Counted from the first letter of the stretch, positions 27,360 to 38,617 are shown. The stretch: DNA of 64,000 nucleotides from Takakia lepidozioides (GCA_030704615.1 CM060731.1:30442001-30506000), one strand, 5' to 3'. Numbers and translations: made by a program. Notes: generated by a model from the letters alone, not told the origin.

Positions 27360-27692
27360 GTCTACCAAGGCCTGGTCACACAAAGCCTGAAACTCCCCCA
27401 ATAACTCTCTCCCTGGGTCCGTGAGTACCTCAGCTGGAGCACCGAATCGGCTAAGTACACAATCCAAGAATGCATACGCAGCTCCCTCACTAGCCTTATC
27501 AGGCAATGGAACCAACTCGATCCACTTGGAGAAGTGCTCCACCATCACCAACACGTACTTGTTGTGGCGCATGGTCAGTGGCAACGGCCCTGCGAAGTCA
27601 AGACTCCACCTGTAGCCCAATCCCATGATCGCAAGAGGGTGCAATTGTGGAGTAGGGGCGTTGAATGAAGCACGCACCCTGTCACACACCAT
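27360..27692 (-). pseudogene. Integrase core fragment of copy 1 (translocated, inverted)
   Basis: WSLDFAGPLPLTMRHNKYVLVMVEHFSKWIELVPL..VLTDPG; matches ~58610-58945 of copy 2 and is absent from its normal position near 32040. Confidence 0.9.
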
Positions 27693-28036
27693 GAGCAAAG
27701 GCTTGCTGCCATGGCCACAGCTCAGGTGGTACCAGCTCCAAGACCTGAAGGTCCACCTCATATTCCGCCTCAGCAGCGTCATCCTGACGGAGTAGACATG
27801 GGAGGCATGGGATTTATGTGTAAGGCAGCACTACCATTAGTGCAGGTGGAGTCTTCTGCAGTCGTCACTCGAGGAGTAGCACGAGTTCCTGAGCCACGAG
27901 GTGCAGAGGTGGAATTGGATCCACAGCGTGGGGAGGCAAGTCGTCAGGCTAGGCTGCCTCAATCATTCATTTTGGCGGAGACAATGTCAACGACATCCAT
28001 GGCACTTAGTTCTCGCCCGACGGATCGGCTGTTATT

Positions 28037-28963
28037 GTGCCATTGGGGAGAGCTACACGTGCAGCACTAACACCTGCTGCCAAGGCTAGTGCAGCCAGTG
28101 TGTTGTTGGGGGCGGCCACCTCTATGTATCAGGCCCCACTGTTCTCAGCAACCATGATTGCGACGCCGGGGGTAAGACCAGTTGCAGTGTTCAGACTAGC
28201 AGCAACACTCTACGAGAGTAGGGAGGTCACTTCATCTTCTGCGGAATTAGTGGAAGGTGTAGTGGCAAAGGGATCCTCTGATTTGAGGGTCAAGACTGCC
28301 ACGGCTGTGTCATGGCAAGCTGCAGCTGCCAGGTTGATGGAGCTGCCAGCTAGGCCAGCCTTTGAGCGTGCCATGGTGACACCTGGAGTTGTCTTGTTAG
28401 ACAATCAGGATGACATTTTCTCTTTGAGTGGACCGGTAGGTAAGAGGTACCGGCCATTGCGGGTCTTGTTGGACTCGGGAGCTCAGCCACTGATGTTGGG
28501 CAGAGCCGCTATTGCAGGTTTGGGCCTCATGGAGGCGGATATGGAGCCTTGTCCCTTCCAGATACAGACATCTCTAGGAGGATCAGAGCAGGCTCGGGGC
28601 ATGACACGGCGTGAGTTGGCCATTAGACTACAGCCGGATCATCCTATAGATGGCTCAGTGATGCGAACCAAGGCCATTGTGACAGACGCAGTCTCTTATG
28701 ATGTCCTCGTTGGTGGGGCAGTATTGTATCCCATGGGCTTCACCCTGGATTTTTGGGAGGAGTCAGCATCCTACAGGCCTGGATGGCAGTCAGGGGATGG
28801 TCGTCGTGTACAACTCCCTGTGACATTCATTGGGGGTGTTGCTGCTACCCAGCGAGGCAAGATGCCAACACTAGCAGCCTTTACAGCTGCAGTTAGTTGG
28901 CCTGAAGAGTTGTTAGAGGGCAATGCCCATGCAGGATGTGCCACCTCCAGCAGAGCAGGATGA
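28037..28963 (+). pseudogene. Aspartic protease region of pol, copy 1
   Basis: RVLLDSGAQ catalytic motif and YDVLVG downstream. Confidence 0.85.
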
Positions 28964-29184
28964 CATGCATGGTACGGCGGAGTTGTCTGCCATGGTTGCT
29001 CACGCTTCATTGTGGGGTACGTACGAACAAGGATTTGTAGCAGGCTGCTGATAGACGGGTGCAACAAGCCTGGGTAGAGGCCTTTGTACCGTCAGGAGAG
29101 GAGGAGATTGCGGTGATTGCACCAGGACCACCTCAGTTGTCACCATTGGACACCACACCTCTTGTTTGGCAGTGCCCGGATGAA

Positions 29185-30130
29185 GGCATATGCCTTCTGG
29201 GCTTGTTTGGCGGGATCAGCACTGGATTGGCTGCAGTGTTGCAGGCAGGTGTACGAGTTTGACGTTACCTGTATGTGGAGAGGGATGAGACTGCACGACG
29301 CGTCTCACTGCGCCATGTTGCTCAGTTGGTGCAGCAGTACCCTGACTTGTTGTCGGTGTCTGCAGTTCGTGGATACCAACAAGCCTTGCCAATAAACATC
29401 TCTTTGCTGGGGGCGCATGATTTGGAGTGGATTGGCCCTATTCACTTGGTAGTGGCAGGTTGGCCCTGCCAAGGGCATTCATGAGCCGGGCATGGCAATG
29501 GGTTACAAGATTCAAGGTCACGCCTGTTTTGGGAGATGTTGAGGGTCCTGCGTTATTTACAGCTTCAGCAGACAGACTCTCCGGCATATATCTTGGAGAA
29601 TGTGCCATTGATGGGTGATTCTTGGGCCAAGGTGATGGCTAGTATGCATCAAGTGCGGTCTTGGCTTGGGTTAGCAGTGTTGCTGGATGTAGCTGCAGTG
29701 GGGTCACGGGCTCATCGCCCACGACTATGGTGGACCAACTTGATGCCACCTGCACTGCTCAAGCATGCATTTGATGGGGTGCAGCGGCCACCAAACCTGA
29801 CGGTGGATAGCATTTTGGACATAAGGAGGCAGTCTCAGCATGTGAGACACGATGACCGATCACCTTTGGCAGTGGTCAATAAGGTGGGTCACCCACAAGC
29901 AGCATTGCTTACACTGCTTAGCTTTCCAGGATCTCATGCTTTCTGGGATGGTGGACCTGGCCTCTTGTAGGATAGCCAGTTGCAGCAGTTAGTGGAACCC
30001 AATGCTGACGAGCGCGAGCGGACGATGGGTTTTACCACTGGTACCACGGCGGTGCCATTTTTTTCTAAGGCATCATGTTGTCAGGTGTTGGGGCAAGCAA
30101 TGGATCTCAATTGCTTGACCTGGATTATCA
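29185..30130 (+). pseudogene. C5 cytosine DNA methyltransferase domain (DNMT3-like) inside pol, copy 1
   Basis: Motif I LGLFGGISTG, II YLYVERD, IV AGWPCQGHS (PCQ 29464-29472), VI YILENV, VIII AHRPRLWWTNL, IX ERERTMGF, X VLGQAMDL. ORFs 29059, 29275, 29536 and 29980 share one frame, broken only by single stops. Confidence 0.9.
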
Positions 30131-30584
30131 GCTTGGCTATGGCTGAGCAGCGCAGAGTACGGAGTACACTTCCCTTGATAGTCTCTCTGCCTATCGAGAC
30201 GGTACAGGCAGCGAGTGGGGGCGAACAGGTGAGGACCACAAGGTGCAGGCCGCATCCATGGCACACGTGGGAGGTGCTCGAGGTTCAAAGGGAGTTGGCA
30301 GCCAAGGTGGCGGTGATGGATGAGGTTGGGGATTTTTCTCGGGTTGAGGAGGTCCTCAAGGATGAGATGGTGGGGCAGGATGAGACATTGTCACTGACAG
30401 AGCAGGCAGTGGTCACTGCTCAAGAGGTTGCAGCATAGTAACCACAGGACGCGTCTTCTATCTCTAAGCCTGCTGGACTCAAGGTTGCAGTCACGGAGGA
30501 CAACTGAGAGCCTGATGTTGGACCCATAATCACCGGAAGAGAGAGACGACGTATACGGCGGTTCTTGAGAGCTTACAAGAACTA

Positions 30585-31940
30585 CTTTGCCTTCAGTTTG
30601 AAAGACTTGGGAGCACTGAAGGGCCAAGAGATTCGCATTGAATTGGCCACTGACACACCAATCTTTCAGAGACCCTATAGATCAGTGACATAGAGAGGTC
30701 CTTGATTCAGATGAGGACTCAAGAACTCTGGGAGGCTGGTTTGGTGGAGTTATCTGGTGGAGAGTATGCTTCAGCCATAGTGATGCCAGCCAAGAATGAT
30801 GTCTATGGCAATTGGACAGAGAGACGTATGTGCGGTGATTACCGGGCTGTAAATCGTCATACCAAGTCCGATAGGTATGCCATGTCAACACCAGAGGAGA
30901 TTTTTGATGCCATTGGGCATGCCAAGGTCTTTAGCACTTTGGATTTACGATCCGGATATCACCAGTTGCCGATCAAGGAGGCGGATAAGCAGAAGACGAC
31001 ATTTTGGGGGATCAATGAGCACGGGAAGGATTGCATATACCAGTGGCGGTTCTTACCATTTGGGCTTAAGAACGCTCTTGCAGAGTTTCAGAGAGTCATG
31101 GACAGGATTCTAGCAGGGGTGGAGTTTGCTCGGTGCTACATAGATGACATCATCATCTTTAGTGCTACGGTGGAGGAGCATAAGAGACACCTTCAGATGG
31201 TATTTGAGCGCTTGAGAGCGCACGGATTGAGGTTACATCCGAGGAAATGCAAGTTTTTCCACAACCAGATTGAATATCTGGGTCACATGATATATCCTGG
31301 AGGATTGGGGGTACAGCAGACTAAGGTAGAGGCCATTGCACAGATTCCACGCCCCACGGATGTGAGCCGAGTTTGAGCTTTCATGGGGTTGGCAAACTAT
31401 TATAGACGGTTTGTCAAGGGATTTAGTGCCATTGCAAAGGCTCTAACCAAACTGACCAAGGTGGACCAGGAGTGGCAGTGGGAAGATGAGCAAGAACGAG
31501 CTTTCCAAGAGCTCAAGGCGAGGTTGACCTCGGCGCCCATCTTGAGATGACCTATCAGGGGGCGTCATTTTCAGCTGCATACAGATTGGAGCATGCTGGG
31601 GCTTGGAGCGGTGCTCACACAGGTGGATGATGAGGGAAGAGAGTTTGTAGTAGCTTATGCTAGCCGCTCAAAACAACGCTGCAGAGGCTAATTATAGCTC
31701 ATATGAGAGAGAGTGCTTAGCTGTAGTGTGGGCCGTGGCACACTTCAGGTGCTATCTATACGACAATCTCTTCACCCTTGTCACGGATCACCAGCCACTC
31801 AAGTGGTTGATGGAGTCAGACAAGCTTACGGGGAAGCTTGCACGGTGAGCACTTATACTTCAAGAGTATGATTTTCAGGTTGTGCATCGACCGGGTTTGG
31901 TCAATCGGGATGCGGATGGGTTGAGTCGCAATCCATGCAC
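30585..31940 (+). pseudogene. Reverse transcriptase and RNase H, copy 1
   Basis: RMCGDYRAVN, LDLRSGYHQ, PFGLKNA, YIDDII, FQLHTDWS, YSSYERECLAVVWAV, LVTDHQPLKWL, DADGLSR. Confidence 0.95.
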
Positions 31941-32644
31941 GAGCCAGCAGGATGACACTGGAGCTCGGTGGCATGGTGAGACGGATGAGGAGATGGTGCC
32001 CAGATGGCATGCATCTGCATTTCTGTGTATCTTGGCAGCGGAAGGGGTTCGGAGATTTCACCCTGGTGACTATGTTTATCTGCAGCAAATTGCTCCAACG
32101 ACCCTGGATGTGACTGCATGACGTGTTATTTTGAGGGTTCGAGAGGTATTGCCCTCAGGCGTCTTGAGAGGGTCGGGATGACATGACTTGGAAGGACCAT
32201 GTGCGTAATTGCGCGCCATGTCACCTTCCGAATGTCGATGGCAAGATTGACCCAAATTTGGCAGTGGTACTGCAAGTTTGAGATGCATGTTGTGTGGGTC
32301 TGCTAGAGGGGCAATCACCATGCTGGTGTGCTTGACTCCACCTCTTGAGATGATGGGGATTGGTTATGTCCACATTGCATTGGATAGTGGGAGTGGATAC
32401 AACCATGGAACGCTAACAAGAAATGCAAGGTCAAGCTACTAGGAGACCAACACACGAGATCCTAACTCAAGTTCACAGATTGCAAGACGGCGACTAACGA
32501 TGGGGCTATTCTTGTACCCGGCCTCTTGGTCTATAGAGTTTGAGTACAATAGGGACAGTGATAGAGGACTTAGTACGGCTGTGGCTATTACATCTTGTAG
32601 CTATCTGGAGTTAGAGGGACCTAACCAACAGCTAGGGGGGCGAT

Positions 32645-33171
32645 TGTGGCAGACTACTTTATTGTGCATATATGTGTGGTGTGGTTTAGACAACGATATA
32701 GTTGTGTAGCGATACGTATGCGCACGACAGCTGTCAAGTTAAATAAACACAGTGTGAAACTAACTAGAATAAATCTAGTTATTTGTATTTAACACTTGGA
32801 ATTAGTTCAAGTGTTAAGTCAGGTGTCAAGTTTAGCTTGACACCTGAACCATCTTATCTTCACGAGCTCGTCAGTCGTGCGGCTCATCTCTCTCGAGTTG
32901 AGCCTGCACGACCGAGCTCCCTCGTTGCTTAACATCTGAGTGTACTTATGGAGGGAGAGTAGGATGTTGTGGGGTGGAGTCCCCATAGCTTGGGGTGCCC
33001 CTAGCTTGACTCTTATTTTAAAGAGTGATTATATTGTATTTCGTGTTTTGTGTCAATAGCCAGTGTGAGTTTAGTTTTCATATCATTGTGGCAGACTACT
33101 TTATTGTGCATATATGTGTGGTGTGGTTTGGACAGCGATGTAGTTGTGTAGCAATACGTATGCGCACGACA
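32645..33171 (+). repeat. 3' terminal structure A-B-A (A 32645-32729, B 32732-33085, A 33087-33171) after PPT 32634-32640
   Basis: 85-bp A (TGTGGCAG...CGACA) twice around B; A/B junction is the palindrome GACAGCTGTC. Confidence 0.95.
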
Positions 33172-33793
33172 GGGCAAAGAGGGGTAACATCTGCAAACAT
33201 CAGATAAAAATTGTGCAATTGACAGGTAACACATCAAACCGTCGTATTCTGCAAGCATGTGGGACGGAGTACGGATTGATACGTGGTGGACTTTAGGCAT
33301 TGTTTGAAATCGACAATGACACACAAGAAACAAATTTACCAGTTCTTGAAGGTAAATATGAATTGTGATCATGATCGTTTATGCAAAAAAATAATCCATT
33401 GTACGTATTATTTGATTATATGTATGTGTATTTGCAGATTTGGTGAACACGGATGGGAGAACACCTCCTCAACCACGAGTTACGACAACAGTATTGGATG
33501 GTATGAAAGAAATCAAAGAGACCGTGCATAATATCATTAAAGTTGCAGAAGGAAGTGACAAACAAGTTCTTCATCACACTTTGGCCATGCTCAAGGTTGT
33601 TTATGGTGAGGTTCGATCAATTCGAGCATTAGTGGAGGAAGACATGATCCATCCAGCCCATGCTTTCCGCAAAGTTGACGATGGACGTGATAATTCAACT
33701 CGACGTTTAAAAGATTTTATAGAGCGTAGTAAGACATGGAAGCGAAGTAATGTGGGTACAAGTCATCATGAAGTGCAAGATGGTAGTCCGTAG
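33172..33793 (+). pseudogene. MULE transposase 3' part (SWIM zinc finger and C-terminus)
   Basis: AKRGNICKHQIKIVQL, intron ~33352-33438, last exon ending RRLKDFIERSKTWKR..GSP*. Confidence 0.8.
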
Positions 33794-34092
33794 AAATATG
33801 GGCAAATGACATGTATATGTAAAGTGTTTGTTTACACTAGAGATCACACTTGGGCCTCAACATAGGAGATGCACTAGGATACATAGGACATATGGCTTTT
33901 GGTCTCACATTCCAATTACAGCACATGGGCAAAAGACATAGGCTACCCTAGAGGTTGCACTTGGGCCTCGACATAGGAGATGCATTGGGATACATGGAAG
34001 ATCTTGCACTTGGGCTAAAATGTCACTGGACACTCGGGCCAACGGCACAGACTACCCTAGTTTGGTTTTTTTTCCTCTAGATTCTGATACAA

Positions 34093-35130
34093 ACAACCTT
34101 CCGGAGGGTAACTTGAATGGATAAGATAACTACTGTTGTATGGCCAGTATGCAATCTAGTGGTACAACCTTCCGGAGGGTACACCACCATATTGGGTGAA
34201 TTCATACAAACAACCTTCCCAAGGGATATCAATGAAACTTGAACAAAAGAGAACAACCCTCTGGCAGGAACCCATTAATGCAAAGATATTTTGCAATCTG
34301 GAATGTTGCAGGCACAACCTTCGGAAAGGTACACCGCCATGTTCGATAAAATATAGGATCCCTTGGAGAAGAATTCATACAAACAAACTTTCGGAAGGAT
34401 ACCGATACAACTTGAATGGAACAGAAGAACATTCCAAAACAACCTTCTGGTAGGTATCTCAATCACTTAATGGAAGCATCAACCCTCCCGAATGAAACTA
34501 CTGTTGCATGGTTTATTTTTGAATCAAAAACGGAACAACCTTCCGACAGGAAACTAATGTGGCATGTGTATTTGGCCATCTGGTAGAATGTTGCAGGAAC
34601 AACCTTACAGAAGGTAAATCTTGGGAAAAATGTAAGATTTTCTCCATTGATATACATACAACCTTCCGGCGGGTAATCCAAAAAAGTTGACAGTGAATGG
34701 AACAACCTCCCCGAAGGAAACTATTGGTGCATGTTTTTTGGGCAATCTGGAATGCAGGAACAACCTTCCGGACGCTACTCAGAACATTCAAAGTGAACAA
34801 AACAACCTTCCGGAAGAAAACAGTTGGTGCATGGTTTTTTGGCAATCTGGATTGTTGCAGGACCAACCTTCCGACGGGTATCCCAAAAACTTGGAAGTGA
34901 ATGGAACAACCCTCCGGAAGGAAAACAATTAACATGAGCATGTTCTTGGGCAGTCTGGATTGCAGGCACAACCTTCCGGCAGGTAACCCCTAAACTTAAA
35001 TATGAATTGAACAACCTTTGGGAAGGATACTATTGGTGCATGTTTTTTTTGGCAATGTAGAATGTTGCAGGAACAACCTTCCAGCGGGTAACCCAACAAC
35101 TTGAAATGGATAGAACAACCTTTTTGAAGG
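34093..35130 (+). repeat. Array of ~20 ACAACCTTCCGGAAGG-like units between the two MULE genes
   Basis: Motif recurs every ~42-70 bp (e.g. 34093, 34164, 34210, 34314, 34535, 34658, 34760, 34802, 34968, 35074); its core is the reverse complement of the intronic GAAGGTTGT. Confidence 0.9.
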
Positions 35131-35402
35131 TTGGGTTATATTTTTGTCCAATGTGTGCAATGCTATGAAGCACCTTCATAGAGGCAATAGATGGGGATTT
35201 GTAGATGGAACAACTTTCACTAAGGAAACATCATTGATAGAAGTGTTTTGGCATATTCAAAAAATATTTTGGAGAAACGTCAACTCTCATACGCTTCAAC
35301 AACAAGACTTATAATCATCATTATAATGTAATCCATCATAAAGTATCAATCCATGAACTATAGTTTATATACCATGTCTTGTTGTTGTAATTAAACCATC
35401 CA

Positions 35403-37018
35403 CTAGCGTTGTCTATGTCGTACCAGATTGCGAGATGCAATATTGTCACCCAAGGTAGTTCTCCACTGTTCAATTGTAGCATAGCCCATGCTAGCTAATT
35501 GTTCACGGGAAGGGGTAACTCCGGTATGAGAACGTCGATAAACACGAGTAATAGGCTGCACTACAGGAGTAGGAACTGGAGTCAAAAAAGGTTGAACATG
35601 AACCTGCGATGATGGATCATCTCCTGTATCCTCTGACACAACTGAGTCATTGATGACCGAGTCAATCACAACATTCACATTCACCATCTCCTCATGGGTA
35701 ACCTCATCGTCATGAGTATCCATGTCATCCTCGTCGTCGTTAAGCTCATCCTCTGCAATATCCGCCAAGGTCTCTATGTCAAGGTCCGGGCTCAAATGAG
35801 GAGCTGGATCACTGTTAGTGAGAGTGACAAGAATGGAACTGCAAAGAAGCGGATGATGGGGACTCTCAGGAAGAGGGTCGGTCTCCTGAGGAGGAGAACC
35901 AAGAACATTCACAAGGGGGGAACTCTGAACAACATAATGAAAATAGTTGTTTTCCTCAGAATTGGGACCAAGAAGAGGAGGAGGATTCCTAGCAGCAAGA
36001 GGGTCAATACTCATGGCTTGCCCATCTGGATCTCCATCACCATGATCCGGGTGATCATCATCTGACAAAGAAAAGGTACTGTCACTCCCATCGGAAACTG
36101 GCAAACCTTTCCTACGCCTGTACGCCTTTACTGCCTTCCTTGTGTTTTCCTCTCTTGCACCCTCAGTTAGTCTCCATTTGGTCATAGCCTTGGAAACATA
36201 AGATTCCACAAACTCATCTCTGTCTTGTTCCCACCTGCAATAATATTTCAATACATTATGCATTGAACTTCAATCAATGGATACATACATAGATAATATA
36301 TAAGTTACACCTTGTTGATACACATAAATATAAACATCATTCAAATATGGATATACCTCCAACGTTTTCTCTCTTGTTGATGGTATTCAAAGACAAGTTG
36401 CAATGCTTCTGTGCGGTAATCAAAGTTGTCGTCCCATCCACGTTTACTCCAAGCATTTCGCATCTGTCGCTGCAAGGTTTTGGGATGTGAGGACTTCTTC
36501 AATTTCTTGAAGAGATCCATCATGTAAGCTTGATTCTGTGCTTCCCTCAACACTCGAATTTTGCTGAACCTCAAATCACCATCTCCCCAACTTGATAAAC
36601 CTGTGGCTTGCAACAAATCCATCTCGAGCACCTCTGCCAAGAACGGCTTCCCCATGAAATCCGACGGTGGTCCCAAGTCCCTGGTCTCTTTATCATACAG
36701 TTTCTTGGCAGCAATGGTATGGATACGACGTGTCTTTGCTTCTGCTTGTCGGAGACGTCTAACAGGATCTACCATTGCACGGATGTTGTTTCTCCGACTC
36801 TTCTCAGGTTCTAGAGGTGTGTCAAATCTCACTCTAGGCCTCCCAGATTTGCCAACAGGCAATTGCAACCCATGACCCTCACGAGCAAGATGATAATTGA
36901 AACTATCTTTCTTGCTGTAGCTTGTCTTAGGCCCTTTGGCACAAATCAAACAATGGTACTTCCTTGTCACATTGTCTTGCTCATAGTGGACACCTTTCTG
37001 AGCGATTTGCATGGCCAT
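35403..37018 (-). CDS. MULE accessory protein, ~497 aa: C2H2 zinc finger, AT-hook-like GRPR, acidic low-complexity C-terminus
   Basis: Exons 37018-36357 and 36234-35403 join in frame over a GT-AG intron with no stops; YHCLICAKGPKTSYSKKDSFNYHLAREGH followed by GKSGRPR. An upstream exon is possible. Confidence 0.75.
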
Positions 37019-37624
37019 CACTACACATTCCACAAAGCACAACTTTCTTGAATGAAATTGGTTTTATTTGGTTTTATTTGGGTTTCACTATAGTTTTAGA
37101 AATGCATAAAAACATCATGAACACAACCTTCCTGAAGAAAATCCATATAAGTGGATGAAATGAGAGTGCTTAAGAAAAAGAAGAGTAAAAAAGAGATGAT
37201 CCTAAACTACATTAACTATATGAAACTACATATAGGGTTCAAAAAATGAACCAAAACCACATGGATATAAGCATTTTGAATATTTAGTTTTTTGGAATGG
37301 ATTATGAAGTCCATAGAAGCTTAGACCTAAGCTTTGTTAATGTGATATGAATTCTACTATTCAGTAGCCACATGAAGAACAAACTAATGAAGTGAAGTGA
37401 AATGGCATAAAACATACATGAAAATGTTGGTAAGTTGATAATTTTTGTAGTGATTTCGCTCCAGCTTCTGTCCTCCTTAGCTTTGCCTTCATGTAGCACT
37501 AACACACAGCTCTCGCCTCCTCGAATCGCACCCTTAGTTTATGAAATCTAAACCCTAATCCTCTCTTCTCTCTCACCCTAAACCCTCTCTTCTTCTCTTT
37601 GAGCATGAAAGCAACAACCTCCCG

Positions 37625-37921
37625 GTGAGTAGCTCGTCGAGCTACTCACTGGGTAGGGGAGTAGGGTGGGGGCGGCTAGGGCTGGGGCTGGCACGGTCCC
37701 CGAGCCTGGGCGGATAGGCTGGGGTGGGAGGCGGGGCAGGTGTTGGCGCCATGGCTTGGGGAGTTTTGCCAATTTGGCCCTAAACTTTTGCCATTTTGGC
37801 TCGTGGAGGGTGGCGCGGGCCCACACGTGCCCCAAGAGCATGTGGGGCCGGGGGGAGGGGGCATGTGGTGGGACAAGGCTGCCAATGTCATTACGACGTG
37901 GCTATCGAAAATTCGCGGGCT
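37625..37921 (-). repeat. MULE right TIR
   Basis: Inverted copy of 20288-20565. Confidence 0.9.
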
Positions 37922-37935
37922 TCTTTCGCCAGTGA

Positions 37936-38617
37936 AGAGACACCATAATTTAGGCTTCCTTGGGGAGGCGTCATATATTATTTTTACGTTCGCCAGATTC
38001 AGGTAGCATCTGATATTCACTCTTAATTACTTTATGAATACTGCATAAAAATGATTGTTGTGTAGCCTACTGGTAAGATGATGGCAGTGTCGGTGGCCAG
38101 TTGCTGGATTCGAATCCTGATGGATGTGGCTAGTGCAACCCCGATTAGTATAACCTTGGGTGGTGTTTATTTATTTATTTTGGTATTTATTACCTTATGC
38201 GACTGTAACTCCTCTTACTTAGTACAGTTTTATACTTGACCAAATTTGGACCAAGTCAAATTTCAAGTCCAATAGTGAGTTATACCGACTAGAGTTGCAC
38301 TCCCTTCTGTGTAATCCCAAGTGGAGCTACACTCCTTTCCTGTAACATGAGTGTAGTTACAATCCCTTCCGCGACCCAGTGTCAACCCACCTAGAGTTAC
38401 ACTCACTTCAATTCCATGTCACTCCCAAGAGGGCTGTGGGGAAGATTTGACGTGCCGAAAACTGGCATACCGTCCTGTCATCGATTGTGCACATTAAGTT
38501 TTTACGTTATTCCTCTGCCCATTATATCTGAGGCTTCGCCGCCGTTACTTTTAGGACCTATAGTAATAATAATAATATATGACGCCTCATGAAGGAAGAG
38601 TAAATTATGGTGTCTCT
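37936..38617. mobile_element. PIF/Harbinger-like MITE (682 bp)
   Basis: ~45-bp TIRs AGAGACACCATAATTTA..GAGGCGTCATATATTA and their complement; 3-bp TSD TGA (37933-37935, 38618-38620). Confidence 0.7.

Larger units (their letters stand above)
25895..33171 (+). mobile_element. Ty3/Gypsy-type retrotransposon copy 1 carrying DNMT and PHD domains (degenerate, rearranged)
   Basis: Termini TGTCA...CGACA; 4-bp TSD GGGT/GGGC. Removing the element restores the MULE SWIM frame WACCTCDWAKRGNICKH. Contains PR, DNMT, RT (YIDD), RNaseH and a PHD remnant. Confidence 0.9.
20288..37920 (+). mobile_element. Mutator-like element (MULE), ~17.6 kb including nested retrotransposon
   Basis: ~280-300-bp GC-rich TIRs (agcccgcgaattttc... 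/ ...gaaaattcgcgggct), flanking direct repeat TTCTTTCG (20280-20287 and 37921-37928), transposase on + and a second gene on - converging. Confidence 0.9.

Noticed and set aside
29185-30130. Host DNMT/DRM gene or bacterial restriction-modification methylase contamination
   Set aside because: Intronless, embedded between protease and RT in two copies, and flanked by intron-containing plant genes.
25895-33171. DIRS/PAT/Ngaro tyrosine-recombinase element, suggested by the split repeats and methyltransferase
   Set aside because: No tyrosine recombinase ORF seen; the family has an aspartic protease, HHCC-DDE integrase, PPT, TG..CA ends and a 4-bp TSD.
32645-33171. A-B-A as an independent TRIM, or B as a solo LTR of another element
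   Set aside because: B also forms the 5' end next to the matching TSD and PBS, and A-B-A follows the PPT in both diverged copies.
34093-35130. CRISPR array (also 22010-22505)
   Set aside because: Eukaryotic context, degenerate repeats, spacers related to each other, no cas genes.
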